Below, piece after piece: positions 46,341 through 59,724 of a DNA stretch of 64,000 nucleotides. Source of the stretch: Isurus oxyrinchus (lineage: Eukaryota); contig JANJGN010000052.1 of the NCBI GenBank assembly GCA_026770705.1, forward strand, positions 1,922,001 through 1,986,000, given 5' to 3'. Below the pieces are notes generated by a model. It ran no database searches and was not told the DNA's origin. It worked only from the letters and a program-made list of their open reading frames with translations. Every line of letters begins with the position of its first letter. The first letter of the stretch is position 1. A program made the position numbers and the translations under genes.

Positions 46341-46579
46341 AAATTGGGGAACAATTCTGAAAACCCCTTCATTGAAACGTAGGGCCTTAGTGTTGTGTTG
46401 TAAACAAACTGTTAACCCTTTGTGTCCTGACTCTGTGACGTGATTCCTGTGTAAAGTTGAGCATTTGGTGAGCGACTTTCAATTCACTGCTCACTCCAGG
46501 TGTTGAGGTGGATCTTCTGAAGGAGCAGATGTTGCTCAGCGCTCCTTAAAAATGTCAGATACTGAACATTGTGTCAGAG

Positions 46580-46795
46580 GACGAGAGAGAGAATAAGAAG
46601 GAGAGCATTAGTGGAGATAGGAGAGAGAGTGAATGAGAGAAAGAATGAGAAGGAGAGCATTAGTGGAGATAAGAGAGAGAGTGAATGAGAGAGAGAGAAT
46701 GAGAAGGAGAGCATTAGTGGAGATAAGAGAGAGAGTGAATGAGAGAGAGAGAATGAGAAGGCGAGCATTAGTGGAGATAAGAGAGAGTGAATGAA
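46580..46795. repeat. Purine-rich tandem repeat of about 54 bp
   Basis: GAAGGAGAGCATTAGTGGAGATAAGAGAGAGAGTGAATGAGAG, about 4 copies. Confidence 0.85.
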
Positions 46796-47103
46796 ACATG
46801 GAAAAAGGAAAGAGATTGCATTCACTAACAAAAGAAAGGTTTTCATTTATATAGCACCTTTCACATCCTCATTAGGTCACAAGGTATCTTATGGTCCAGG
46901 TCAACACTGCCAGTTACAGGACTGAGTTGTGAAACATTGAGTGTTGAATGAGATGTTAAACAGTAGGTGAACATCAAAACTCTTCAGGGGCTGTGAAGGG
47001 TTTTGGATTGTAAAAGGTGCTATAGAAATGAAAGTTCTTTCTATAAGGAGAGAAGGTTGAAGAAAACATGTTCAAAAACAACCAATTAAAGCTTCACACT
47101 TAC

Positions 47104-50100
47104 TTTCTCACACACTTGAAGATGAAGAATCCACTCAGTCCAACACTCAAACAGATTCCAGCTCCAAGCAATCCTGCTTTCCATTCATTGGAATCTCGCC
47201 CTGTAAAATCAGCCAATGAATGACTCCGGTACAGTTTGAGAATGGTTCCCTATGTACATGTAGTAATTCTGAACTTGTGAAGTGATATTGTCTATGCATG
47301 AAAGGTCTATACAAATAAATTTATCTATGTAATATTTATTGATAATATCCATGTACATGCAGGTTTCTATAAGGAGGATTCACATATAACAGAGGTGCCA
47401 AGCTGCTGAGGTGACACACAGGATTACAAAAATTCCAAACAGCGGAAACAACATGCTATAGACAGAGCAAAGCGATCCCACAACCAACGATTCAGATCTA
47501 AGCTCTGCAGTCCTGCCACATCCAGTCATGAATGGTGATGGACAATTAAAGATCTAACAGGAGGAGGATGTTCCACAAATATCCCCATCCTTAATGATGG
47601 GGGAGCTCAGCACATCAGTGCAAACGACAAGGCTGAAGCATTGGCAACCATGTTCAGCCAGAAGTGCTGAGTGGATGATCCATCTCGGCCTCCTCCAGAG
47701 GGTCCCAGCATCACAGATGTCAGCTTTCAGACAATTCGATTGACTCCACGTGACATCAGCAATCAGCTGATGATACTGGATACAGCAAAGGCTCTTGGTC
47801 CTGGCAACATCCCGGCAACAGGAAATAATGTGGCTACAAGAGCGGGTCAGAGGCTGGGAACTCTGTGGTGAGTAATTCAACTCCTGACCACCCAAAGCCT
47901 GTCCACCATCGGACAAGGCACAAGTCAGGAGTGTGATGGAATAATCTCCAATTGCCTGAATAAGTGCAGCTCCAACAACACTCAAGAAGCTCGACACCGT
48001 CCAGGAGCAGCTTGTTTGATCGACAGCCCATCCACCAGCATAAACATTCATACCCTCCACCACTGGCACACAATGGCAGCAGTGTGTGCACCATCTACAA
48101 GATGCACTGCAGCAACTCACCAAGGCTCCTTCGACAGCACCTTCCAAACTCTTAACCTCTTCCACTGAGACAGTTCCAAGTCAGTGAGGTGTGTGATTTG
48201 GAAGCGAACTTGAGGTGTTGGTGTGCCCTGGGACTTGGAACTATATCGGACGTTCCTTCACCATCACTGGGACAAAATCCTGGAACTCCCTCCCTAACAG
48301 CACTGTGGGTGTGCGTACACCACATGGACTGCAGTGGTTAAAGAAGGCAGCTCACCACCACCTTCTCAAGGGGCAGTTACAGATGCGCAATAATTTCTGG
48401 TCTTATCAACAATGCCCACATCCCATGAGCTAATAACAAGAGAACGTTCAATTCTGTGTAACTCACGTTCCACAGTGATGTTATAAATCCCTCCACTGCT
48501 CCATGTTCATTCTCTGCCACACACTGATAGTCTCCAGTGTCCCTGGATGTAACGTGAGGAATCACCAACCACAGCTCATTGTTGGAACTTGTTCTGTTCA
48601 TTGGGACATTAAGATGTCGCCACGTCAGGTTAGAAGCTGGGAAGCTCTCGACAGAGCAGATTATCACTGCAGAATTCCCCTCAATTATATTGATCGATGA
48701 AGCGTTAATCATACCAAGAGAAGTAATTGAGAGATTCTGTGGTTTGTCTGAAAACAAATAAAGATCAGTTACTTACATTGACTGTGAAACACTTTGAGAG
48801 ACACTGAGAATGTGAAAGGTGTGATATCAATGTAGGTTCCTTCACCACAAAGCACTTAATTCAGGCAGACACTTCAGTTCAGTACTGAGGGAGTGCTGTA
48901 CTGTTGGAGGGTCAGTACTGATGGAGTGCTGCACTGTTGGAGGGTCAGTACTGAGGGAGAGCTGCCCCCTTGGAGCGTGAGTACTGATGACCTGCTGCAC
49001 CGTTGGAGGGCGGTTACTGTGAAGTCTGGACTGCCGCATAGTCAGTATTGAGCAAGTACTTCACTGTCAGAGAATAGTACTGAGGGAGTGCTGAACTGTT
49101 GGAGGATCAGTACTGAGGGAGTGCTGCACTGTCGGAGGATCAGTACTGATGGACTGGTGCACTGTCGGAGGATCAGTACTGAGGGAGTGCTGCACTGTCG
49201 GAGGGTAAGTACTGATGGAGTGGTGCACTGTCAGAGGGTCAGTACTGAGGGAGTGGTGAACTGTCGGAGGGTCAGTACTGAGGGATTGCTGCACTGTTGG
49301 AGGGTCAGTACTAGAGGAGTGTTGCACTGTTGGAGGGCCAGTACTGAGGGAGTGCTGCACTTTCGGAGGGTCAGTAATTAGGGAGCTCTGCACTGTTGGA
49401 GGGTCAGTACTGAGGGAGTGCCGCAGTGTCGGAGGGTCAGTACTGAGGGAGTGCTGCACTGTCGGAGGGTTAGTACTGAGGGAGTGCTGCACTGTCGGAG
49501 CGTCAGTAATTAAGGAGCTCTGCACTGTTGGAGGGTGATAAGGCCATAAGACCACAAGACGTCAGAGCAGAAGGAGGCCATTCGGCCAGTCAACTCTGCT
49601 CCGCCATTCAATGATACCATGTCTGATCTGACAATCCTCAACTCCACTTTCCTGCCTTTTCCCCATAGCCTTTGATTCCCTGACTGATTAAAAAACTGTG
49701 TATCTCAGCCTTGAATATAATTAATGACCCAGCCTCTGCAGCTCTCTGTAGTAAAGAATTCCACACATTCACTACCCTCTGAGAGAAGAAACTCCTCATC
49801 TCTGTCTTAAATGGGTGACCCCTTACTCTGAGATTATGCCCTCTGGTCCTAGACTCTCCCACAAGGGGAAACAACCTCTCAGCATCTACCCTGTCAAGCA
49901 CCCTAAGAATCTTATATGTTTCAATAAGGTCAGCTCTCATTCTCCTAAACTCCAATGAGTACAGGCCCATCCTACTCAACCTCTCCTCATATGAAAATCC
50001 CTCCATTACTGGGATCAACCTAGTGAACCTTCTCTGGACTGCCTCCAATACCAGTACATCTTTCCTTAGATAAGGGAACCAAAACTGCGCACAGTATTCT

Positions 50101-53100
50101 AGGTGTGGTCTAACTAGTGCCTTGTATAGTTTTAGCAAGACTTCCCTATTTTTATACTCCATTCCCTTTGAAATAAAGGCCAACATTCCACCTGCCTTCC
50201 CTATTAACTGTTGAACTTGTATGTTATCTTTCTGATGACCCCCAAATTCCTCTATGCTTCAGCTTTCCAATGTCTTTCTCCATTGAAATAATATTCAGCT
50301 CCTCTATACATCCTGCCACAGTGCAGCAGCTCACATTTTCCCACATTATATTCCATCTGCCAAGTTGATGTCCACTCACTGAACCTGTCTATGTCTCTCT
50401 GTAGACTCTTCGTGTCACCCTCACCACTTGCCTTCCCATCTATTTTTGTGTCATCCACAAACTTGGCGAAAGTACATTAATTTCCCTCATCCAAGTCATT
50501 AATATATATTGTAAATAATTGTGGCCCCAGCACTGATCCTTGTGGCACTCCACAGATTGCCATCCTGAAAATGCCCCCCTTATCCCAACTCTCTGACTTC
50601 TATTAGTTAGTCGATCCTCTATCCATGCTAATATACTGCCCCCAACACCATGGGCTCTTATCTTATTAAGTAGCCTTATATGTGATACTTTACTGAACAA
50701 CTTTTGGAAATCCAAATATATTACATCTACTGGTTCCCCTTTATCTATCCTGTTTGTTACCTCCTCAAAGAATTCTAATAAATTTGTCATGCATGATTTC
50801 CCCTTCATGAAGCCTGTGTGTGATTAAATTATGCATTTCTAAATAGTCTGCTATTACATCCTTTATAATGGACTCTAACATGTTCCCAATGACAGATGTT
50901 AAGCTAACTGCCCTATAGTTACCTGTTTGTTGTCTCCCTCCCTTTTTGAATATGGGTGTTACATTGGCAGTTTTCCAATCCTCTGGGAGTTTCCCAGAAT
51001 CTAAGGATTCTTGGAAGATTAAAACCAGTGCATCCACTATCTCTGCATCTACTTCCTTTAATATCCTAAGATGCAACCTATCAGGTCCAGGGGACTTATC
51101 AGCCTTGAGACCCATTAATTTCGCTAGCGTTATTCTCTAGTGATAGTTACTGTATTTATTTCCTCTCCCCACCCCCCTTTTGCCCCTTGATTATTTAGTA
51201 TTTTTGGAATGCTATTAGTGTGTTCTACCGTGAAGACTGATGCAAAGTATTTATTCAACTCCTCTGTCATTTTCTGGTTCCTCATTATTATTTCCCCAGC
51301 CTAGTTCTCTAAGGGGCCCATGTTCACTTTGGTCTCTCTCTCCTTTCTTATATATTTAAAGAAGCTTTTATTGTCCTTTTTTATATCAATTACTAGTTTA
51401 CCTAGTTTTCTCCCTCTTTATTTATTTTTTGGTCATCTTCTGTTGGTTTTTAAATCTCTCTCAATCCTCTGGCTTACCACTAATCTTTGTCGTGCTGCAT
51501 GTTTTTTCTTTCAATTTGACACACACCTTAACTTCTTTGGTTAACCCAGGTTGGTTTATTCTCTTCCTACAATCCTTCTTCCTCACTGGGATATATCTTT
51601 GTTGTGAGTCATGAGCTATTTTCTTTAACATCTGCTTTGTTCATCCAGCATCTTTTCTGCTAAACCCCTTTCCCAGTCCACTCCAGACAACCCTGTCCTT
51701 ATTCCTTTGTAATTAAACTTATTTAAGTCCAGCACAGTTGTTTCCGACCCAGGTTTCTCAGTCTCAAACGGAATGCTAAATTGTACCAGGTTATGGTTAC
51801 TGTTTTCCAGGGGATCATTTATTCTGAGATCATGTATGAAACCTGCCTCATTACACATTACCAGATCCAAAATAGCCTGATCCCTGGTTAGATCCACGAC
51901 ATATTATTCCAGGAAACTGTCTTGAATACACTCTATGAATTCTTGCTCATGGCTACCTCTGCCAATTGGGTTTTCCCAATCTACATGAAGATTAATGTAC
52001 TGCCTTTTTTACATGCCCTCATTATCTCATGATTTATTGTCTGTCCTACAGCCGAGCTACAGTCATGGGGCTGATAGACCACTCCCACCAGTTCCTTGTT
52101 CCACTTGTTATTCATTACCTCGAGCCATATGGATTCTATACCCTCCGATCCAAGATCATTTCTTGCTTTCGTACTTATTCCATCTCCTATTAACAAAGCT
52201 ACCCCACCACCTTTCCTTCCTGCCTGTCTTTTTGAAAAGTCACATACCCCTGAATATTTATTTCAAAGCTTTGATCTCCTTGTAACCATGTCTCCATAAT
52301 GGCTATAAGATCAAACCCATTAACCTCTAATTGTGCCTTTAATTCATTTATGTTGTTCCAAATACTATGTGCATTTAAGTCAAGAGCCATTAATTTTGTC
52401 TTTTTATCATTTTCCTCCCTCTGACACTATTTGCTGATGTATTTTAATGTTTGGACACTGTGTACCCACCTGTCACACGCTGGGTATCATCACCAAAACA
52501 GCTATCCTGCAATGCTGGCAAATCCTTTTGCTTTGTAAGCCTACATATACCCTCTCCAGAACACTCTGCCCATCTATTTAGTTTAAAGGCAATACTGAGG
52601 GAGAGCAGCACTGTCAAAGGGTCATTACTGAGGGAGTGTTGCACAGTTGGAAGCTCTGGAACAAGGGACTGCAGCATTATCTGAGGGTCAGTCGGGAGGG
52701 AGGTATTCAATGTTGGATTGTAAGTTCTGAGGGAGCGCTGCAGAGTTGGAGGTTCAGTAGTGAAGGAGTGCTGCACTGTCAGAGGGTCAGTACTGAGGGA
52801 GTGCTGCACTGTCAGAGGATCAGTACTGAGGGAGTGCTGCACTGTTGGAGGGTCAGTACTGTGGGAGTGCTGCACTGACGGAGGATCAGTACGGAGAGAT
52901 TTCTAAACTGTTGGAGGATCAGTACTGAGGGAGTGCTGCACTGTCAGAGGGTCAGTACTGAGAGAGAGTTGCACTATCAGTGGGACAGGACTGAGGGAGT
53001 GCTGCACTGTCAGAGGGACAGGACTGAGGGAGTGCTACACTGTCAGTGGGTCAGGACTGAGGGAGTGCTGCACTGTCAGAGGGTCAGTACTGAGGGAGTG

Positions 53101-56100
53101 CTGCACTGTCGGAGGGTCAGTACTGAGGGAGTGCTGACTGTCAGAGGGTCAGTACTGAGGGAGTGTTGCACTGTCATAGGGTCAGTAATGAGGGAGTGCT
53201 GCACTGTCATAGGGTCAGTACTGAAGGAGTGCTGCACTGTCAGAGGGTCAGTACCGAATGAGTGCTGCACTGTCATGGGGTGAGGACATTGCGATTCCTG
53301 CTCTGCTCTATCGGTCTCTTGGCTGGAAATAAAAGCCGCTGTGTTACTGTTCAGAAACTGTTATTAATTGTGTTCTGGTCACTATTTTCCCTAAAAAACA
53401 GATTATCTGATTCTCATCAGAATACCTTTCTATGGGATCCTGCTGTGCATTATCTACACTGTTCTAGCTAATGTACAATGAAAGGTCGTCCGTACTTACC
53501 TTGCACAGTGAGTACGAGGGTCCGCTCCGATGAAACAGATGGATATCTCACTCTGCAGCTGAGAGTGTGTCCGTGGTGTTTGAGTGATGGGATCAGGGTC
53601 AGAACAGAAGTATAGGTCAGAGTGACACCATGCTGAGTTACAGTGTTTGAGACTGATCCAGGTACGTCAGTGGGAGTGTCCCAGGTTAAGACAGGTGCTG
53701 CTGTTCCATTACACGTTGTGTTGAAGGTGCAGCTTACATCCACACGCTTTCCTGCAATAATTTCAGCAGGGAATATCGTGGGTTTATCTGTGAAATCTAA
53801 CAGACAGAGAATGGATCCTTTTAGAGAAATATAACGTGAAGCATCAGTTCAAATAGAAACCACAGTCCCACAAGAGAAAGCACTTTTACAAGGATGATAT
53901 CAGAACTGAGAGGTTACAATGATCAGGAAAGATTTTCTTGCTCTTTGGCAGTAGTGTTTCTGTCTCTCAGCTTAATACACGTTCACTCCGAGACATGTGA
54001 ATTGAGAACACTGGATGAGAGAAGAGGCTCAGACCAGAGATTGGAGTTAAAAGCAGAATACTGTGGATGCTGGAAATCTGAAACCAAAACAAAAATTGCT
54101 GGAAAGACTCAGCAGGTCTGACAGTATCAGTGGAGAGGAAGATAGGGTTAACGTTTCGAGTCCGTATGACTCTTCATCAGACCAGAGGTTTGAGTTCACT
54201 GGCTTCTCATTTCCTCAGTGATCTGGGTGATTTATTACATTGTGGTTTGTTGGATCTTGCTGTGCACAAACTGACTGCTGTGTTTTACATCTGTGACTAC
54301 AATTCAGGAATAATTTCATTGGCTGTGAAGGGATTTGGATCCTCCTGAGGTGGTAAATTGCGCTGCAGAAATGCACATCTTTCTTTTATCGATACGTCAG
54401 CCTTTTAAACAGGACAGGAGAGATTGATGGGAGTGGATAACCTGATAATACAGTTAATGTTTTTAATCATTGATATTAAAGTGAGTATTAGAGGTTGCTT
54501 TAGGACTGAACCGGAAGCTATCACCAGGTTATTGAGAATCAGACAGTGTGTTATAATAAGCTGTGTTTTGTGTTAATATGTAAATGTCAAAGTTTGTGTT
54601 ATTTCTCATTGAGTGTTGAATGTGAATTGTTGAGTAATTATAACACAGCACTTACCAGAAATGTGAAGCTGGGTTACAGGGTAATAGTTATGGCTCGGAC
54701 CATTGTCAAATTCTATCCTGAAAAAATAAGGTCCTGCATCTTCCCGTCTGATGCTGTTTATAATCAGGGAACAGTCGCCATCTTTCAGGTCTCCAGACAG
54801 CCGGGTCCGATGGTGGAACCGTGGTAACTCGTGACTGTGATCCTTGGAGTGAAAGGCAATGGGAGCCCAGGGAATCTGTTTCTCATTATTAAACCAGACT
54901 CCACCTCGCGGTTTGCTTTCCAAATGTGATGGATAACTGTAATGACATGGAATCTGTACACACGAACCTTCCTGCGCTGTCACCTCTCGGGGACTGTCAC
55001 CTTTCCACTCTTGTGACAGTCCAACTGGGGAGAGAAATATCAATATTTAACTCTGGAAGGTTTGTAGATCCACTAGACTCGATATCCACCCCCTCCATCA
55101 CTGGGGCACAGTGGCTGCAGTTTGGAACATCTACAGGACACACAAGGAACTCCCCAAGGTTTCACAATGGATGGAAGAGAATCCTGGACACAGGAGTGGA
55201 CAAGTTCATTCTACTTTGGCTCATGGTCCTCAGGACCCTGTTTAGTGAAGCCAGTGAGACAGTGTCACTGTGCCTTGTATTATAATGCTCCTGTGTAGCC
55301 CCTTGGATTGTTTTTTTTTACAGTTAAGGCGCTATGTAAATATAATCTATTGCTCTCTGCTCATCTGGACCATTTGGATTGTTAATTTCAAGCGGCCTGG
55401 TGACTGCTTCATGTTCAGTCCAAATGCAGCCTCTAATTATCACTTTAATGTCAATGATTAAATGTGACCCAACACACTGTCTACAAGACACACCAACTGA
55501 GATCCATTCAGTGCTGATTTACAAGACAGGACAATGGATTAGGAGCCGTCAGAACTCCCCCCATTATCACCGTCATGAATCACTAATTAGCCTAACATTC
55601 CTGTCTGCTCTTCAACACAGCTGATTGGCTAATCTGATTCAATCTGATTGGTGCACTTTGGACCTTCATTGTCTGAGGAATCTCTTTGGATCCTCATTGT
55701 TTTAGGAATATCTTTGGATCCTCATTGTTTAAGGAATCTCTTTGGATCCTCATTGTCTAAGGGATTATTTCTGATCCAAACCCCATATTGTTGTATTGTT
55801 GATTCCGATGCAGCATTGTAGACTGACTTGTCCCCAAGCTCAGCACTGACCCTACTCCAGCAGACACTGTGAAACACACTAACAAAGTGCCTCTAGCCTG
55901 AGCTCTGCATGTGTCGAGAGAAAGACAAATATACAAACTGAATATTGACACCTTTACACACAGACAGCTTTACCTTCCTTCTCTCTTTCAGTTATCTTGC
56001 TCCCTTATTGAAGTATCTAGCAAGGTGAGAATGGACAGGAAGTGTGACACTGAACAGCCTGTCTATTCTAGGAGCTGCTGTGTTGTCTTCATGGGAAATT

Positions 56101-56599
56101 CTGAATAAAATCAGCAAAAGACACATTTCAGGATATTGCTATCAGACACCTAACATAGGGAGAGACTTCATCCTCCAGTTTTTATCCCTGATTTTCTACT
56201 CAACCTTTTACCACCCTTCCCCCCATCCACACTGACTTACATAGGCTCCCAGTCAAGCAGATCCTCCATTTTAAGATTCTCATGCTCAATTCCCAATCCC
56301 GCCAACCCCCTCTCCACTCGCTGGCTCTGTAACCTCAACCAGCCCCTTCAACCCTCTGAGATCTCTGCTCTCCTCCAATTCTGCTGTCAGACAGGGAGTC
56401 AGTGTATATCAGTGAGCACAGTGGTGATGGGTCAATGGGACTTGGTGTGTGTTTGTACACTGGCTCACTGCTGAATCTGTTCTCAATCACAGCTCAATAA
56501 GAATGATCTTTTACAAAGACTATTAGCCATAAATCTGTTTGAGCTGATGATGATATTACCTTGGAGAAGTGACAGGAGGAAGTAAGATTTCCCGATCAT
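47104..56599 (-). CDS. Gene C: Siglec-like leader-V-C2-C2-(TM); 1-nt deletion predicts a soluble 346-aa product or a pseudogene
   Basis: Leader 56560-56599; V 54656-55024 (YFFRIE); C2 53500-53796; C2 48467-48747 (281 nt versus 282); TM exon 47104-47200 (in-frame reading WKAGLLGAGICLSVGLSGFFIFKCVR). Confidence 0.75.
47450..48425 (+). mobile_element. Internally deleted LINE fragments
   Basis: LDTAKALGPGNIPA; CTIYKMHCSNS; WNSLPNSTV. Confidence 0.8.
48878..49535 (+). repeat. 33-bp minisatellite array
   Basis: About 19 units. Confidence 0.9.
49545..52590 (-). mobile_element. Long degenerate CR1 LINE ORF2 (APE endonuclease + RT)
   Basis: LNAHSI..DLIAIMETWL; KSPGPD; KSCMTNLLEFFE..VDVIYLDFQK; YKALVRPHLEYC. 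Confidence 0.92.
52590..53282 (+). repeat. 33-bp minisatellite array
   Basis: About 20 units. Confidence 0.9.
54145..54183 (-). ncRNA. Minimal hammerhead ribozyme motif (identical core to 40049-40087)
   Basis: GGT-CTGATGA-A-GAGTC-ATACG-GACTC-GAAA-CGTTA-ACC. Confidence 0.7.
55655..55762. repeat. 28-bp tandem repeat (about 4 copies)
   Basis: TTTGGATCCTCATTGTTTAAGGAATCTC. Confidence 0.85.
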
Positions 56600-57050
56600 T
56601 GTCCACTCCCAGATAATTCCTCAGCTTCTAACTCTGAAGTTCTGAAAGAGAAAGGAGTTAATGAGACCTCACCTCTTGTCCGACAGCTCTCGAGAGATCA
56701 GAACTGCTTTTAGACAATGTCTTCACGGATCTAATTTGATTCTCTGTGGGATGATAGGTGCTCTGCAGAGAGTTACAAGGCTTTAAGAAAGAAAAACATT
56801 GAAGGACTTGCATTTCTATAGCACCTTTCAACACCTCAGGATATCCCAAAGCTCATGTCCCTGCACTTCCCTCATCCCTTGAGCTAGAAAGATGTTCTGT
56901 ACAACAGACTTGAGTCTCACACCCAGATCTCAATAATTAGTAGAAATCTTTCAAAGGCATCAATCATTGGAATCTGTCTTTATAAAGTCACAACATCAAC
57001 AAAGGACGGTGTTGGTCGTGGAAGTGAATTCCAATCGTTCCGTTACTTAC

Positions 57051-57192
57051 CCAGGACCTGTCCGACTTCTCGCCTGGGGAGGTACTGCCCACACGCTCTG
57101 CTTGGGCTGAATGACCTCTTCCTGTGCTGCTCCCTCTGTGTATTTAATTAGAAAGGGTTGATGTGTCACTGTGAGTCAAAATGTGGAAGTGG
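57051..57192 (-). promoter_or_regulatory. Gene C putative first exon and promoter
   Basis: Donor at 57051; TGAGTCA followed by AAATGTGGAAGTG. Confidence 0.55.
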
Positions 57193-57429
57193 TCACTTTG
57201 TGAGGATGCAGCTCATGTTTAGAGTTTTTTGAAGCTGTTAACCCTTTGCGTTCTGGACTTGTGATGATATTTCTGCTCAAAAGTGGAAAGTCATTGACCA
57301 GGAATTTCTCCTGTGGGTCATTGGGTTTCAAACCCTCTCTCGCTCTCTGAGTGAGAAGGTCGTCTGTTCGAGATTCATTTGGCAAAATTCAGACTGCCAA
57401 ACCAGACCGGCACTCGGTGTCAGGACTGA

Positions 57430-59718
57430 GAGTCCTGCACTGTCAGAGGGTCAGTACTGAGGGAGTGCTGCACTGTCAGAGGGTCAGTACTGAGGGAGTG
57501 CTGCACTGTCAGAGGGTCAGTACTGAGGGACTGCTGCACTGTCAGAGGGTCAGTACTGAGGGAGTGCTGCACTGTCAGAGGGTCAGTACTGAGGGAGTGC
57601 TGCACTGTCAGAGGGTCAGTACTGAGGGAGTGCTGCACTGTCAGAGGGTCAGTACTGAAGCAATGCTGCACTGTCAGAGGGTCAGTATTGAGGGAGTGCT
57701 GCACTGTCAGAGAGTCAGTACTGAGGGAGTGCTGCACTGTCAGAGGGTCAGTACTGAAGAGGTGCTGCACTGTAAGAGGGTCAGTACTGAAGCAATGCTG
57801 CACTGTCAGAGGGTCAGTACTGAGGGAGTGCTACACTGTAAGAGGGTCAGTACTGAGGGAGTGCTACACTGTAAGAGGGTCAGTACTGAAGAGGTGCTGC
57901 ACTGTCAGAGGGTCAGTACTGAAGAGGTGCTGCACTGTAAGAGGGTCAGTACTGAGGGAGTGCTGCACTGTCATAGGGTCAGTACTGAGCGAGTGCTGCA
58001 CTGTCAGAGGGTCAGTACTGAAGCAATGCTGCATTGTCAGAGGGTCAGTACTGAAGAGGTGCTGCACTGTAAGAGGGTCAGTACTGAGGGAGTGCTGCAC
58101 TGTGGGAGGGTCAGTACTGAGGGAGTGCTGCACTGTCAGAGGGTCAGTACTGAAGCAATGCTGCACTGTCAGAGTGTCAGTACTGAGGGAGTGCTGCACT
58201 GTAAGAGGGTCAGTACTGAGGGAGTGCTGCACTGTCAGAGGGTCAGTACTGAGGGAGTGCTGCACTGTTGGAGGGTCAGTACTGAGGGAGTGCTGCACTG
58301 TCATAGGGTCAGTACTGAGCGAGTGCTGCACTGTCATAGGGTCAGTACTGAAGCAATGCTGCACTGTCAGAGGGTCAGTACTGAGGGAGTGCTGCACTGT
58401 CAGAGGGTCAGTACTGAGGGAGTGCTGCACTGTAAGAGGGTCAGTACTGAAGCAATGCTGCACTGTCAGAGGGTCAGTACTGAGGGAGTGCTGCACTGTC
58501 AGAGGGTCAGTACTGAGGGAGTGCTGCACTGTCAGAGGGTCAGTACTGAGGGAGTGCTGCACTGTCAGAGGGTCAGTACTGAGGGAGTGCTGCACTGTCA
58601 GAGGGTCAGTACTGAAGAGGTGCTGCACTGTAAGAGGGTCAGTACTGAGGGAGTGCTGCACTGTCAGAGGGTCAGTACTGAAGCAATGCTGCACTGTCAG
58701 AGTGTCAGTACTGAGGGAGTGCTGCACTGTCAGAGGGTCAGTACTGAGGGAGTGCTGCACTGTCAGAGGGTCAGTACTGAGGGAGTGCTGCACTGTCATA
58801 GGGTCAGTACTGAGCGAGTGCTGCACTGTCAGAGGGTCAGTACTGAGAGAGTGCTGCACTGTCAGAGGGTCAATGCTGAGGGAGTGCTGCACTGTGGGAG
58901 AGTCAGTACTGAGGGAGTGCTGCACTGTCGGAGGGTCAGTACTGAGGCAGAGCTGCACTGTCAGAGGGTCAGTACTGAGGGTGCTGCACTGTAAGATGGT
59001 CAGTACTGAAGCAATGCTGCACTGTCAGAGGGTCAGTACTGAGGGAGTGCTGCACTGTCAGCGGGTCAGTACTGAGGGAGTGCTGCACTGTCAGCGGGTC
59101 AGTACTGAGGGAGTGCTGCACTGTCAGAGGGTCAGTACTGAGGGAGTGCTGCACTGTAAGAGGGTCAGTACTGAAGCAATGCTGCACTGTCAGAGGGTCA
59201 GTACTGAGGGAGTGCTGCACTGTCAGAGGGTCAGTACTGAGGGAGTGCTGCACTGTCAGAGGGTCAGTACTGAGGCAATGCTGCACTGTCAGAGGGTCAG
59301 TATTGAGGGAGTGATGCACTGTCATAGGGTCAGTACTGAGGGAGTGCTGAACTGTCATAGGGTCAGTACTGAGTGAGTGCTGCACTGTCAGAGGGTCAGT
59401 ACTGAGAGGGTGCTGCACTGTCAGAGGGTCAATGCTGAGGGAGTGCTGCACTGTGGGAGAGTCAGTACTGAGGGAGTGCTGCACTGTCGGAGAGTCAGTA
59501 CTGAGGGAGTGCTGCACTGTCAGAGAGTCAGTACTGAGTGAGTGCTGTACTAATGGTGGGTCAGTACTGAGGGAGTGCTGCACTGCCAGAAGTTCAGTAC
59601 TGAGGGAATGCTGCATTATCGGTGGGTCAGTACTGAGGGAGTGCTGCACTGTCAGAGGGTCAGTACTGAGGAAGTGTTGCACTGTCAGAGGGTCAGTACT
59701 GAGGGAGTGCTGCACTGT
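57430..59718 (+). repeat. Large 33-bp minisatellite array (about 69 units)
   Basis: Produces the spurious VLHCQRVSTEG ORFs. Confidence 0.97.
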
Positions 59719-59724
59719 GAATTA

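Noticed and set aside
46485-46570. Possible linker exon of gene C resembling the 78-nt cassette
   Set aside because: Acceptor degenerate, and no frame consistent with the neighbouring exons.
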